A stretch of DNA of 63,216 nucleotides, filler included, from Octopus bimaculoides (GCF_001194135.2; 4 parts of 4 records of this genome joined end to end with filler, not necessarily neighbours in it); one strand, 5' to 3'. Positions 12,947 through 27,500 are shown, counted from the first letter of the whole stretch. Program-made: numbers and translations. Notes: generated from the letters alone by a model not told the origin.

Positions 12947-14084
12947 ATAATACAATACCTCTGACTATAATGTAATATGATATGGTATATTATATTATAT
13001 TATATTATATTATATTATATTATATTATAATGTAGCAATAAACTGATTAGTTTAACCGATCGTACTTATTTAAAAAGTAATAATAAAGCTCAATTATTGT
13101 GCGCTGAATTTAATGTATCGAAACAGAAAAATAGAATAGCGAGTCTATTAGTGAGCAGCCAACAAAAATTAAGTTCATCGGCCCATTTATTGTTGCCATT
13201 TCATTTGATTATGGTAATTCGTTTAATAATTTAACAATGATCTCTGATCAACCTTAAACGCGCAGTGGTTTATAAAAGTTGTGCAAGTAATAGAGCATGT
13301 ATAGAATCACTGAACTGGAATTTGAAAATTTGCACATATTTAGCTGGGGTTCCTTGAAAATGCAGGACCCTTAGCAAATGTTATTCTTGCAGCATGATTA
13401 ATCAGGCTTTGCTAACACTCGCTTTCCGATGTGATTAGACACTTGTGAAACAACCTTACACGTTCTAACAGTTCTTTTGGCTTCATTTTTATTAATTTGT
13501 TTACAATATTCCACGACTAAGCTCCAATAAAAGGAAACACTGTGATGTTTCCTAGATTTATTTCGGACTGTTTTCTTCCTGTGTTGATCATCTACCGATT
13601 AACTGATCACTGAATACATCAACCAATTTGCCGGTACGTATAATGATACTAATTTCAGTGTTTCTCTCTATTTCTGATGTTTATTATAACTGAAGCGAAA
13701 AAAATGTCAGATGAGAGATTGAAAAAAAGTTAAGCCTCAGGCTGAGAGTGTTTGTAACTTTTGGTTTAAATAAATTAGATATAAAAAAATTAATCATAAA
13801 TGTTGATAGTTCAAAGGAGGGTTGCTTGGTAGACTTCTGATAGTGCTTGACGAAATAATCTTCTGCGTTTAGCTACGTTATTTTACGTTCTGTGATGAAA
13901 TCCCACCGCCAATTCCAATTTACAACGTCCGATAGCTGTAGAAAATGTATTCATCAAGTAGTAAGTCGATTTAATTCACTTTAGAACATCAACAGTTTTA
14001 ATGACTTTTTTTTCTCTATATAATCATAGCTCAAGGCAGTTGTGAGCGTATTTTGTTGTCTTGCAATAAAGGAATTTAATACAA

Positions 14085-14255
14085 GGCAGCGAGCTGGTAG
14101 ATTAATTAGTTGGACAAAACGTTTAGCATAATTTCTTCCGGCCTTATATTCAGAGTTCAAACTTCTCTGTAGTCGACTTAGCCGTTTGTCATTTCTGGTG
14201 GGGACGATAAAATAAGTACTAATTGAGCACAAAGATCGGTATTATCGACTATCCT
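14085..14255 (+). mobile_element. SINE family B copy, highly decayed
   Basis: GCAGCGAGCTGGTAGA...CAGAGTTCAAA...GTCGACTT...GATAAAATAAGTAC. Confidence 0.6.
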
Positions 14256-14364
14256 ACAAAATGTCGGCTTTGAGAATTCAACTGATATAGAAACAAGAAC
14301 GTGATAATTCACGAAAGACATAATAATCCAATTGTCCATTGCTCTCTCTCTCTCTCTCTCTCTT

Positions 14365-14424
<60 letters not shown>

Positions 14425-15012
14425 NNNNNNNNNNNNNNNNNNNNNNNNNNNNNNNNNNNNNNNNNNNNNNNNNNNNNNNNNNNNNNNNNNNNNNNNNNNN
14501 NNNNNNNNNNNNNNNNNNNNNNNNNNNNNNNNNNNNNNNNNNNNNNNNNNNNNNNNNNNNNNNNNNNNNNNNNNNNNNNNNNNNNNNNNNNNNNNNNNNN
14601 NNNNNNNNNNNNNNNNNNNNNNNNNNNNNNNNNNNNNNNNNNNNNNNNNNNNNNNNNNNNNNNNNNNNNNNNNNNNNNNNNNNNNNNNNNNNNNNNNNNN
14701 NNNNNNNNNNNNNNNNNNNNNNNNNNNNNNNNNNNNNNNNNNNNNNNNNNNNNNNNNNNNNNNNNNNNNNNNNNNNNNNNNNNNNNNNNNNNNNNNNNNN
14801 NNNNNNNNNNNNNNNNNNNNNNNNNNNNNNNNNNNNNNNNNNNNNNNNNNNNNNNNNNNNNNNNNNNNNNNNNNNNNNNNNNNNNNNNNNNNNNNNNNNN
14901 NNNNNNNNNNNNNNNNNNNNNNNNNNNNNNNNNNNNNNNNNNNNNNNNNNNNNNNNNNNNNNNNNNNNNNNNNNNNNNNNNNNNNNNNTATATATATATA
15001 TATATATATATA

Positions 15013-15405
15013 TTACTTGTTTCCGTCATTAAACCGCGGCAATGCTGGGCCATTGCTTTGATGAGATTTTAGTCGAATGAATCGACCCCAGTATATATCT
15101 CTTTTAAAGCCTGGTACTTATTCTATCGGTTCTTTTGGCGGAAGCGCTAAGTTACGGGAACATAAACACACCAGCAGTGGTTGTCAGGCTGTGGTGGCGG
15201 ACAATCACGGACATAAAGACACAGACACAGATAAATATATATATATGACGGTCTTCTTTCAGTTTCTGTCTATCACTCACAAAGTTTTGTTCGGCCCGAA
15301 ACTATAGTAGATGACATTTGTGTCAAGGTGCTACGCAGCGGATTTGGACTCTGAACCATGTTGTTGGCAAACGCGCTTCCTAATACACAGCCACTCCTGC
15401 GCCTA
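15013..15405 (-). mobile_element. SINE family A copy
   Basis: Ends in ACACAGCCACTCCTGCGCCTAT, the reverse complement of the head; internal GGTACTTATTCTATCGGT. Confidence 0.88.
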
Positions 15406-17405
15406 TGTATATATATATATATATATGTACAGGTCATGCCGTCATCCGTATCACTGTCAATGATTACAGTAAAATATCGAACTGTTGACTAATCTTGCAA
15501 ATTAACATCAAGAAATTAATCCATAATCACCTGGCCTTTTCGAATCACTAATAATTGCTGCGGATTTTTTTTCTTCAACTAAGGGAAGATATCAATTAAT
15601 AAGGAACCTTTTGCGGACGCCATTCTGTACATTACCCTTGAACCTGTTTGGAGAATGCTTCATGTCTGAATGTTATGCCAAATTTGCTATTCGACTGAAG
15701 AATTGATGCTTGGAGACAGATAACCATGTCACAATGTGTTTATTTTTGCTCTATAATTTTATGAACGAATATATCTTTGAGGCTGAAATTTAAATATTAT
15801 TGTAGTTGCAAATTTTGGAATATATTTAGGACTGATATAGAAAACAGGTGAACCAGGTAAAAGAAAATAACTGATTATCTCTAGGAAATCAATTTTAACG
15901 ATATCACAATCAAAGAGAGCTATTTGAACATGTTGCGTTAATTTGAATTAGCAAATTATCGGGCGCTGGATAGTAGCAATTGAAAGATGAAGGATAAAGT
16001 TCAAAAATGTCAAATTGAAAGAAGCGAGTTGTATGCTAATAACTAAGATGATTAAATCGCCTAACGTCAGAGTTACTGATGTTATATCATGGTATGTTGG
16101 GAGCTTATCTGATAATATTATTAAAATTGTTAGCAATCATTTTGTTAACATATCTGATCTTGGAGATTGCTATAATTGTTTGAGCTGCATTTGAGGTTTG
16201 AGACAAAATTAGCTTTGGTGTCTTTAAATGTATGATTTTAAGATCAAATTCACGGCCTGTACATCAGACCATGGTTGGTGGGGAGAACGTGCTGAGGCTT
16301 TCATTCTGCAATGGGCTGAACATAGGCAATCCAAGTGCAATATATACTTGAGGTAAAGCGGCGAGCTGGTAGAGTCGATAAATTAAGTAGAGTTTGCGTA
16401 CTGGGGTCGCTCTAATCATGTAACATGTTTATTTTGGGAATGTAATCACACAGTATACTGTTTGATAAATGTGCCAGAAACAGATACGGCATTCAAAATA
16501 TGCATGCGAAATGACGCAAAGACATGTAACGTAATACATATTATAGATTGTCTGTCTTGGCTACTCTTTTTTTTTCAATCTATTTTGATTTATTTAGTTT
16601 TCTTAATAATTCTTGTGAATGTTGTGAGTCAAGAAAAAATAACTCCTTTCTACCATCAAAGAATTCGTGCTCTAAAGGAAAAGGGTATATTCTATCCCAA
16701 AATATTTACGCGAGAAAAAAAAATACTGAGATGAATAAGATTTGTAGTCTGATGAACTAGAAGAAACCATGGTTGAAATTTTATGTTGCATTAATTTAAA
16801 TACACGCACGCACGCGCACGAACGTACGAACGCGCGCACACGCATAGATGCATTTAGATGCGCTAATATATTTATATATTTCTGCACCTTGTGTATATTC
16901 TTAAGCTTACACACTTCAATATATGTGTATGTATACTTTAGTTGTAATTATATTTGTACAAGCAAACGTCTACCGCTACCATAAATAAATCTCTTTCTAT
17001 TCTTACTCATCATCTTAATCCACTTAATCCTCATCTTCGTCATAAGCACATTCTTCAAATTAATATATCGCGTTGAAATAATTATCCGTTAATTGGAAGA
17101 CAACTAATTAGCCAGACAGTTACCGCAACAGATTCCAGTAACAGATGAGTGCGACAACTTATACGTGGTGAATGAAACGAGGTCAAACGCCAGAAATATA
17201 ATTTCAGTCAACCAACAGAAGAGCCAGCAATAATTAATTCTATTTAAGTATGTTTATATGGTATACCTGGCGGATATGTATAAAAATAAAGATAGGGGAT
17301 CCTCCGTCGGTTTTGAATGTGAGCAAATTTTCTAATTAAAGCGATTGGCTATTCTATAGACAAACATACCTTCAATTTATTTCTCGAAACAAGTGAAACA
17401 GAGTG

Positions 17406-17612
17406 TAGTGATCCCTCGCCTTATCGCGGTTCACCTATCGCGCACTCAGTACATCGCGGATTTTTCTGGCTAATATATGTAATTTTATGTCGTGGACTCC
17501 TCAGTATATTGCGGGTTTCTGCAGCCGATAGGTATTTACAGTTTTTTAAATTTTAATCATTTCTGTGGGAGATTTTGGAACGTGAAACCCACGACAGTCG
17601 AGGGATTAGTTT
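17406..17612. mobile_element. Tigger/pogo-like MITE
   Basis: Imperfect TIRs TAGTGATCCCTCGCCTTATCGCGGTT ... AACCCACGACAGTCGAGGGATTAGT, ~200 bp, no ORF. Confidence 0.7.
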
Positions 17613-18081
17613 AAGGCTTATTTTCATGAAAGTCTGCTGATACTGGCAGGACACGTTAGTAATAAGTCTTCACATTCGAATTACAAGTGCAATTAGTCAG
17701 AATGCAGTTTATGCATGCTCAGTTTCGCTTAGTAGGCTTAGTGCGTACGAGTCTATAGTGATTAAATTAAACCTGGTGATTTAGAGTGAGTGAAAGAGAT
17801 GGATAGATAGATAGATACATAGATAGATAGATAGATAGATAGATAGAGAGACAGAGTTGTGGATATCCACAAGTATATTATTCAAATGATTTACATGATG
17901 GATATGAGTGCAAAGGTTGCTACAAAAATTTCGTTACATGAATAACACAAGGTTCTGGATCACCACGCTCCAAAAGGAGTATTCAGGCAATCACTCCTTC
18001 TCAACTCCATGTGATCGTTCAATGTCAATTTTATCCTTAAAAAGCGCTATATACTCACACACGCAAACACTCTTTCTCTCT

Positions 18082-18125
<44 letters not shown>

Positions 18126-18167
18126 ATCAATCAATTAATCTATCTATCTATCTAACTATCTATCTGT

Positions 18168-18210
<43 letters not shown>

Positions 18211-18348
18211 CATACACACACACACACACACACACATATATNNNNNNNNNNNNNNNNNNNNNNNNNNNNNNNNNNNNNNNNNNNNNNNNNNNNNNNNNNN
18301 NNNNNNNNNNNNNNNNNNNNNNNNNNNNNNNNNNNNNNNNNNNNNNNN

Positions 18349-18383
<35 letters not shown>

Positions 18384-19444
18384 CATCATAAAGACACACA
18401 CACATACACACACACGCATATATATGTATATATCCATTATAACCTAATTTCTTGTAAATATGTAACAGAGCAAATTCTGCATACCATTAAATTTGCGAAG
18501 GCCCAACACTAAAAGTAAAATAAACCTTAACCTAGATACAATAAATGTAAAAATCAATAAACATTAACGTAACAATAAAAGACAACAGACCTACTTAAAC
18601 TAGAGTTAGCGTGATCCCAGGTAATATGAGAAGTTCCAAGAACTTGACAAATAGTGATAAAGTGTTTGAAGAAGAAAATAAAGAACACAAAAATACGAAT
18701 AAAAATGGGGGCATAAAACAACTACATAAACCCTAAATTAACAATAATTTCATTCAAATAGTTTTAGAGATGTCATCATCAGCTGGTCTATGGGAAATCA
18801 TTGTGGTTTCGACACTAAACCTATATTTAATAAAATGCCTGAAAGTCACCGTGGCATTACATTTTGTATAGATTATTTCTTATAAACTAACAGTCTATTC
18901 GTAGCATATATTTTGGCCTAAAACGTCATTGTCATGATTATGAAAAGTATATACATGTAAAAATTCATTCGAAACATCACAACAACGCTAAATTTGTTGA
19001 TAATCCATTCGTACACACATCCTGATTTTGCTGTTTTGCAAGATTAAATTTCCTTTAAACAAGTCTTCAACCACTGTGTCAGTTGAAACTGTTCAAAAAT
19101 AGAAAATATCATGTTCATATCTGATCGGCTTATTGTGTTGCTATTCAGAACGGTAATTCTGTAAGCCTGTGTTACCAAATATTTTAATAATATCGGAGAG
19201 TCATGTGAAAGGAAAATATAATTTCAATTTTGAGCATCATATAAAAAAAAAAAAAACTGTTTTTAAAAAAAATGAATCCTTTATTATGAAGATGTTGATG
19301 TATCGTATGGAGGTTTCCGGGTAGTTTTTTCTCCGTAAGCTCAAGTGTTGATCACGTCTGGAATAACCAGTTAATGCATGTTAAGGAAAAATTGAAAACT
19401 CGCCCTCTCTCCCTGTTTCACAACAACACACACACACAAACATA

Positions 19445-20180
19445 TACAAGGGTAGGCTGAAAAGTTCATAGGCTGACTAAGGAGTTACCATACAATAATT
19501 AAACTTGACATGTATTAAATTCAACATTTACTGATGCTAAATGCATGATTTCTTCCCAGATAAACCCACACTGGATACAGAATTGAGGACTTGGATAAGT
19601 GGTACTATAGACATTTCGTAAAAATGTATAAAATTTGGTACCGTGGTGTTATCAAATATCTGTAGAAAAAGGGGTTAGCCCCCAAGGACAGTCATGCTGA
19701 CATGGCCGCTACATTAAGGGATGATGCTCTAGTTTTATCAACTGTTCAAAAGTAAGCAGCTGAATTCAAGAGGGGTAGGGAGAGTCTTGAAGATGACCCA
19801 AGGTCCGGACGTCCTGTCACAGCTACCACCCAAAAAAACATCGACGTGTTTACCACATGGTGAAGGATGACAGACGTTTAAATTTTAATCAGGTAGCTAA
19901 CGGGATCCTGCTCCTGCACACAAGTCTGTGGTTGCAATGGCTGCTGTGCGTGACTGTGGCTTTGAACTGGTTGATTACCCTCCATATTCTCCTGATTTGG
20001 CACCATCTGACAATTTTCTGTTTCCCAACATTAAAAAAACCACTTGGTTGGGAAGCAGTATCAAGTCGATGATGCTGTCATATCTGCTGTTGAGGAGAGT
20101 TTGAGAGTCAGCATCAGAGCTTCTATACCATGAGAATCAAAGCGCTGCAACATCGATGGAAGAAGTGTATGGACACAACC
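19445..20180 (+). mobile_element. Mariner (DD34D-type) transposon, internally deleted pseudogene
   Basis: Terminus TACAAGGGTAGGCTGAAAAGTTCATAGGCTGAC. Peptide remnants YRGVIKYL, AAEFKRGRESLEDDPRSGRP and PPYSPDLAPSD.FLFP (19982-20011), IKALQHRWKKC. The WVPHEL region and first catalytic Asp region are missing. Confidence 0.92.
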
Positions 20181-21122
20181 TTGGTTTTGTTTATCTCATT
20201 ACGAAAAATGAATCCTTATNNNNNNNNNNNNNNNNNNNNNNNNNNNNNNNNNNNNNNNNNNNNNNNNNNNNNNNNNNNNNNNNNNNNNNNNNNNNNNNNN
20301 NNNNNNNNNNNNNNNNNNNNNNNNNNNNNNNNNNNNNNNNNNNNNNNNNNNNNNNNNNNNNNNNNNNNNNNNNNNNNNNNNNNNNNNNNNNNNNNNNNNN
20401 NNNNNNNNNNNNNNNNNNNNNNNNNNNNNNNNNNNNNNNNNNNNNNNNNNNNNNNNNNNNNNNNNNNNNNNNNNNNNNNNNNNNNNNNNNNNNNNNNNNN
20501 NNNNNNNNNNNNNNNNNNNNNNNNNNNNNNNNNNNNNNNNNNNNNNNNNNNNNNNNNNNNNNNNNNNNNNNNNNNNNNNNNNNNNNNNNNNNNNNNNNNN
20601 NNNNNNNNNNNNNNNNNNNNNNNNNNNNNNNNNNNNNNNNNNNNNNNNNNNNNNNNNNNNNNNNNNNNNNNNNNNNNNNNNNNNNNNNNNNNNNNNNNNN
20701 NNNNNNNNNNNNNNNNNNNNNNNNNNNNNNNNNNNNNNNNNNNNNNNNNNNNNNNNNNNNNNNNNNNNNNNNNNNNNNNNNNNNNNNNNNNNNNNNNNNN
20801 NNNNNNNNNNNNNNNNNNNNNNNNNNNNNNNNNNNNNNNNNNNNNNNNNNNNNNNNNNNNNNNNNNNNNNNNNNNNNNNNNNNNNNNNNNNNNNNNNNNN
20901 NNNNNNNNNNNNNNNNNNNNNNNNNNNNNNNNNNNNNNNNNNNNNNNNNNNNNNNNNNNNNNNNNNNNNNNNNNNNNNNNNNNNNNNNNNNNNNNNNNNN
21001 NNNNNNNNNNNNNNNNNNNNNNNNNNNNNNNNNNNNNNNNNNNNNNNNNNNNNNNNNNNNNNNNNNNNNNNNNNNNNNNNNNNNNNNNNNNNNNNNNNNN
21101 NNNNNNNNNNNNNNNTATATAT

Positions 21123-21168
<46 letters not shown>

Positions 21169-21927
21169 GTGTTTAAGTATATACATATGTTGATAGATTA
21201 ATAAATAGCTCAATCTCAATAGATACACCCGTATTGGGCACATTTCCTTCGTTACTTCACAATTTCACCATCGAGGCAGTTTAGCTGCTTTTATATCATG
21301 ACTTGGACCTTGCCTCTTCTCATATGTCCAGTCATTACATGTTTTATTTTAAAGTGAAACATAGTTGAAGTAGAGCAATTCGAAACGTTTGTTATTACCC
21401 GTGGAGAACGGTAAACTAGGTATTTAATATAAAAATGAATACATGCGTAGGGGATGAGCCGTATAAGATAACACAAACTCGATTACAGCTCGAAGTAAAT
21501 ACTATAACGTATTGATCAGTTATGTTGACATGTTATTCGGGGTAATTGATTGCTTGAGGAAATGACGACTGTGACAAACAGATGGCTTCATGAGTTGACA
21601 ATGTGACATGAGATATAGTAGTGAGATTGTATATTAGATTGATATGAATAATCAAATTTGTATGTTATTTGAATTCAGGTTAGTGATGGTGATGCTGTTG
21701 CTGCTATTGCTGCTGCTGCTGCTGATGATGATGATGGTGGTGAAAATGATAAAGATGATAGAAATGTAAATACTGAATCGTAATGTTTGTTGTGATGGTT
21801 AAGATAGTGACAGATGTATGTGTTTGATAAGCATGAATAAAAGTAGTGGAAATTTTGTGGAAAGATGAAAGTGAAAAAGAAAACTGATAGACGAACTATA
21901 CAAATCTAAAAAAAAAACAACAACAAC

Positions 21928-21969
<42 letters not shown>

Positions 21970-22058
21970 AACCACGTGCTTTCACATACCAACTTTCTCA
22001 CCTATATATATATANNNNNNNNNNNNNNNNNNNNNNNNNNNNNNNNNNNNNNNNNNNN

Positions 22059-22070
22059 TTAATTAATTAA
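22059..22070. other. Assembly join marker TTAATTAATTAA flanked by ~44 N each side (also at 40137-40148 and 60964-60975)
   Basis: The identical 12-mer sits inside N runs three times, so it is a scaffolding artefact rather than biology. Confidence 0.9.
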
Positions 22071-22114
22071 NNNNNNNNNNNNNNNNNNNNNNNNNNNNNN
22101 NNNNNNNNNNNNNN

Positions 22115-22395
22115 ATTATAGTAGGTGCCTTAGGTATAATAAAAAAAATATTCAGACAAATACATAACAAAAACACCAGGACTTACAAATATATATAACA
22201 TACAGAAAATTGCACTACTGGGCACAGCACACATCCTACGCAAAACACTTTCAATACAGTAACCATAAGAGCACCACAGCAAACCACAGCACATACCCAA
22301 GGTGCACAGAGCTGCGCTCGGTAGTGAAGTGAAAGCACGTTATAAAAATAAAAATAAAACTACTGAACAATAATAATAATAGTAATAATGATAGG
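22115..22395 (+). mobile_element. R4/Dong-like (RLE-clade) LINE 3' end with (AAT)n tail
   Basis: IIVGALGII(fs)KYSDKYITKTPGLTNIYNIQKIALLGTAHILRKTLSIQ*, then a 3' UTR nearly identical to 51990-52090 (minus), ending ACTACTGAACAATAATAATAAT. Confidence 0.9.
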
Positions 22396-23144
22396 TTCCA
22401 CTTCATATTTCATGGTTAACTGATTGGGAGCATGACAGTTTCTCCTGAAATAACTTTTGCATCTATGATGCAAGCAGAGGAAAGTGGATGTAAAACAAGA
22501 AAGAAAGAAAAACACATACTTTTAAATACATGTGCATTCATGCATGTATGCACATAAACAATGATACATCTATTTATGCATATATGAACAAATACTTATG
22601 TGCAATTGTCCCTGAGTATGTTTGTGTGTGAGCATATATACATATTATTGTATATGTAGATGACAGTGCATTTATTTATGCATGCATATATATATATAAA
22701 TATATATATGTATATATATATATATGTATATATATATGTATGTACATATATATATATATATATATATNNNNNNNNNNNNNNNNNNNNNNNNNNNNNNNNN
22801 NNNNNNNNNNNNNNNNNNNNNNNNNNNNNNNNNNNNNNNNNNNNNNNNNNNNNNNNNNNNNNNNNNNNNNNNNNNNNNNNNNNNNNNNNNNNNNNNNNNN
22901 NNNNNNNNNNNNNNNNNNNNNNNNNNNNNNNNNNNNNNNNNNNNNNNNNNNNNNNNNNNNNNNNNNNNNNNNNNNNNNNNNNNNNNNNNNNNNNNNNNNN
23001 NNNNNNNNNNNNNNNNNNNNNNNNNNNNNNNNNNNNNNNNNNNNNNNNNNNNNNNNNNNNNNNNNNNNNNNNNNNNNNNNNNNNNNNNNNNNNNNNNNNN
23101 NNNNNNNNNNNNNNNNNNNNNNNNNNNNNNNNNNNNNNNNNNNN

Positions 23145-23178
<34 letters not shown>

Positions 23179-24078
23179 GGACATTCTGCCTGGGTAGGCA
23201 AGCTAGGTAGTGCCTACCCTGTATAAAATAGATCGATAGTTAATATTTTTCTTTTATGGCAAAATATGCACTTAATTCAATAAAATTATGAAGGTTACTC
23301 TGATTATTATGTATAAGATACAAAATATTTTATTTTTTTGTGGATTAGGTTGGTATAATTTGCCCCTGCCTTTCAATCTCAGTATTAAAGCTATGCATAG
23401 AGCTGCTGTAGTACATGTGGTGCATGCATTCCTACAACAACGTTTTCTTTATGCATTATAAAGGCAGAAGTAAATCTGCCTATAACTCAGTCGCATGCCT
23501 GTGTTTTGCTTATTTTTTTGTGTTTAACTACATAAATGCCAAAACTGCCTACCTTGAGTAATTACTGATGGACGTGCCTGATATATATATATATTACAGA
23601 TTAAAAGAGAAGAAAAACTGGCAGAGGAGAAGGAGGAGAAATAAAAAATGGTTGACTCAGTAATTGTGAGAAGAGTGAAACAAGAACTGCAACAACAAAA
23701 ATAAAAAATAAATGAAATATAAAGAAGTGTATTATTGAACACAAAGGCAAATGTTTAATATATTATCTTATTGTCATACATACCCTTGCCTAACCCCTCT
23801 TCCTGCAGTCTATTTCCCCATACACACCCTGTCACACCGCCTGTAATAGAATATTTTTGTTGATCTAATTGATATGTTGATGGTAATGGAAGATCTGGGA
23901 TTTACAAGGTGCATCAACTAGTCATATGTATATATAATATAATACATATGTATGAAAGTGTGTGTGTGTGTGTGTGTTTATATTATATACATACACATAT
24001 GTGAGTGTGCATATGTGTATACACACATCATACACACTTACATGCTTATATGTATACACGTATACAAGCACACACTTG

Positions 24079-24125
<47 letters not shown>

Positions 24126-24166
24126 AATACTTTTGTATGCATATATAAATATATAACACACGTATA

Positions 24167-24201
<35 letters not shown>

Positions 24202-24243
24202 TCATAGATACATATGCATGTGTGCATATATATATATATGTCC

Positions 24244-24300
24244 AACCCATGCTAGCTTGGAAAGCGGACGTTAAATGACGATGATGATGATGATGATGAT
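24244..24300 (+). mobile_element. 3' tail of an RTE-type SINE/LINE ending in (GAT)n
   Basis: CCAACCCATGCTAGCTTGGAAAGCGGACGTTAAATGACGATGATGAT; same tail as 36820-36890. Confidence 0.75.
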
Positions 24301-24554
24301 ATATTATATATATATATAAATGTATGCAAGTATATACACAATCACATACACATATATGTATGTGAATATACAGATACACACGTGTGCGTGTGTGTGTCTC
24401 ACTGTAATATATGACCATGTATTATTCATACCCGTTTGACAAGAGGCCAACAAATTTAAGCAACGTTTCTATAAAGTCTGAGTGCTCAGCTCTAATGGCA
24501 TTGGCCAGATGGCCCTCCTTAAAGTTCAAACACCCTCTACACACCTTCTCCCCC

Positions 24555-24862
24555 CCATCATCATCATCATCATCATCATCATTATCATCATCATCATTAT
24601 CATCATCATCACCCCTATTGGCACAATCATTACCACCATCGCCATCATTGAAGTGCGACCATGTTGGAATCCCTCCATCAAGGGTATAGTTGATTACATC
24701 AAGCTCAAGAATATCTTTCATGAACTGGCCACATATTTATTGACTTCAGAAAGACAAAGCATGAAATAGACCTGGGTTGCACATAAGAGGCTATTTTCAA
24801 ATACCACAGACATTTTATATGACACTTTCCCATTCTCTCTGTGGTTCTACTACTACTACTAC

Positions 24863-24894
<32 letters not shown>

Positions 24895-24995
24895 TCACCA
24901 CCATCACCACTACTACCATCACCACCACCACCACTACCACCACCACCACTACTACTACCATCACCACGACCATGACCACCATCACTACCATCTCC
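24555..24995. repeat. (CAT)n and (ACT/ACC)n trinucleotide tracts
   Basis: Direct reading. Confidence 0.9.
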
Positions 24996-27461
24996 AATTG
25001 TCATAGAAAAACTGATCTTCACACTAAAGTGTATCTTTCCAAGAGAAACAAGTACAGCTTCTTCAGAGCCTGTCACTGCACAATCACCCATTGTCCCTAT
25101 ATGAACATTCTAAATCTTTTGAATCAGTACCAATTAAGTCTGTAACCTTTTCAAAATAGTCCAATCTTGTAGAAGAAAACACTTTAAGGGCCTTTGGGAT
25201 TTGAAGAACGTTTAGCATCTTTTATCGCTAGAGCAAGCCTTTTTATAAGGAATTATCATATGTCCATTACATAGTAGATTGGCAACAAAGAATTAACAAC
25301 AGGTTGTTCATAGATGTCTGTTTAAAAACTGACAAAAGGTTTTCTTACGCTACAGCTTGATACATTAAGAAATCTAACAGTGTTATATCACTACTAAACA
25401 AGCTTTATTATCACATTACTTCGTTAAATAAACAAATGTTATATTTACAATAAAGTGATTTTATTTTCCCATCTCAAAAATACTGAAGTTTAATTCGACC
25501 CTAAATAAGCAACTACAAAGTACCTCAAAAAGAAGCAATAACAATCAGCCTATGTTTAGGTAACCTGTTTGTGTTCAACATTGTATCCAGTGAATAAGAT
25601 TATGTGCAAAGGAAAAAATAGCAAAAACATGCACTAAATAACTGGAATACACAGGTTAACAAGAAAAATTTTTCAATGGTTGGGTGCAGGATTGAAGCAG
25701 AATCTAAGTTTGTATTCCTAGAAAACTCTCAAAATTACCCAAAAGCTCATTGAACAAGTTGAGCAATAATTAATAATGTAATCAAGTTAAAACTATAATA
25801 CTAGTACAACAACAACAATATTGCAAAAATCTCTGAGTGTGAAATTACAATATTTAATTACGTTTTTTTTATACTTACATATCATTATCATATCAAGGAT
25901 GAAGTGAAAACAGGATCTGAAATAGGATCTATTCTTCCAAATGGCAAGCATGTTGATAACTTTGCATTATCTTGGTTTTGCATTTGTATATTAAATACAT
26001 GTTAAAAACCAAACAATTTAAATAATCTTGTTCCATAGTGTTGTGTAAATAACTCTTTGGTCTTAGAACACAACATGGCTGGAATTCACTGGTCAAATTT
26101 AAATTAATAAATATTAAATGTGTCTCTGCTGGAAAAATTGACCACCGTAATTGTTTAAAATAGCTTATGGGATAAGTTCATCTGAATTATTTGATTCTAA
26201 CTTGTATTGAATTGGCATACACGAAAGCAGTTCTATTTGAAGATGTTACAAAGATTATCAATATATTTGAATTTCGGAAGAACAGAGCTCTTCTTTTCTT
26301 GACTCCAGCCTTTTCACCTGAGGTCATGCTTGGAAATTTGGAAGGGTAATACATCTTCATTGCCTTGTTAGCTTATGATAATACATTAAAGTAAAATATA
26401 AGAAACAATAGAATGGAGAAGGAGTATAAGTTAGAAAGATAAAATTGTAAAATAGAAAAAGTTTAGCTGGTGGAAAAAGAAAACGGTCTGTATTTATATT
26501 TGTTTACAACTATAGAACAAAACCCCCAAAAATCTGGATAATCCGCATGTTAACAAGACAACTGTAAGATAAGACATGGCTTCACTATTGAGTAATAACT
26601 ATGGTAAAATAAAAACTAATAACAATGATAGACAATATCATATATTTGTCATTATTATTGTCAATGAGTGTGCAGTAAAATGCATATGCATAGACAATAA
26701 TAATGGCAAATATGTGACAGAAGGGACCAACAGAATAACTTCACAAAGATGACAGTGAAAGAAGTGGATTTACAGATGGTTCTAATTGGAATTAAATGAT
26801 GAATCACAGCAAAGTTAATATACAATGTTTGCTGGTCAGCCGGAAAGTGCTTGATTCAATTCAGTATTTAGAAAACAAAAATGCAAAAAAGTAGAAAAAC
26901 TTAATTGATGTTATTCAATACAAAAAAGGTCAAAACCAATTGTAGACCTAAGATGTTATTCACAATACTTACTTGTTGATTTCTGTTTAATTTCTATGTC
27001 AAATTAGTCAGGTCTATTGTGAAAATACTTGGAGAAACATGTGACTTCTGCAAAGAAGTGAGAATAGCAAACATACTTTTGAACTTTGGAGTTCATTTTG
27101 AACTTTTATTTCTTTCCTCTCTCTATGGAACTTTGAAAAAAAACGTTAAGCACTTTAAGCCTGCCCTCATTGAGCAGCTCTGGCTGTTTACAACAGTAAG
27201 CTGTACTCATGCCATGGTACCTATTTACAGATTGACAAAGCAAGCTGGAGAGTTATTCAAGGATAACATAGCCGAGTAACTGATATTTTGTTTGGTTTGA
27301 AAACGTGCCTAAGCATTTCAACTGTCCTGAAAGTAATCTTTCCCATTGTCATCTGAAGAGGAAGCAGACCTCTTTCTTCAACAAACTACTCTTTAGTAAC
27401 TCACTGTTGGCACCATTAACATTTTGACAGAAACTAAATAAACAAGACATGCTTGAAGATG

Positions 27462-27500
<39 letters not shown>

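Noticed and set aside
22059-22070. Recurrent TTAATTAATTAA 12-mer
   Set aside because: It is always embedded in N runs, so it is an assembly spacer and not a biological motif.
23590-23745. Lys/Glu-rich frame IKREEKLAEEKEEK*KMVDSVIVRRVKQELQQQK* after an AG
   Set aside because: Multiple stops and A-rich composition; at most an unidentifiable transposon relic.
27019-27279. 86-aa ORF MKILGETCDFCKEV...
   Set aside because: No recognisable domain and no consistent splice boundaries; its length is within chance expectation.
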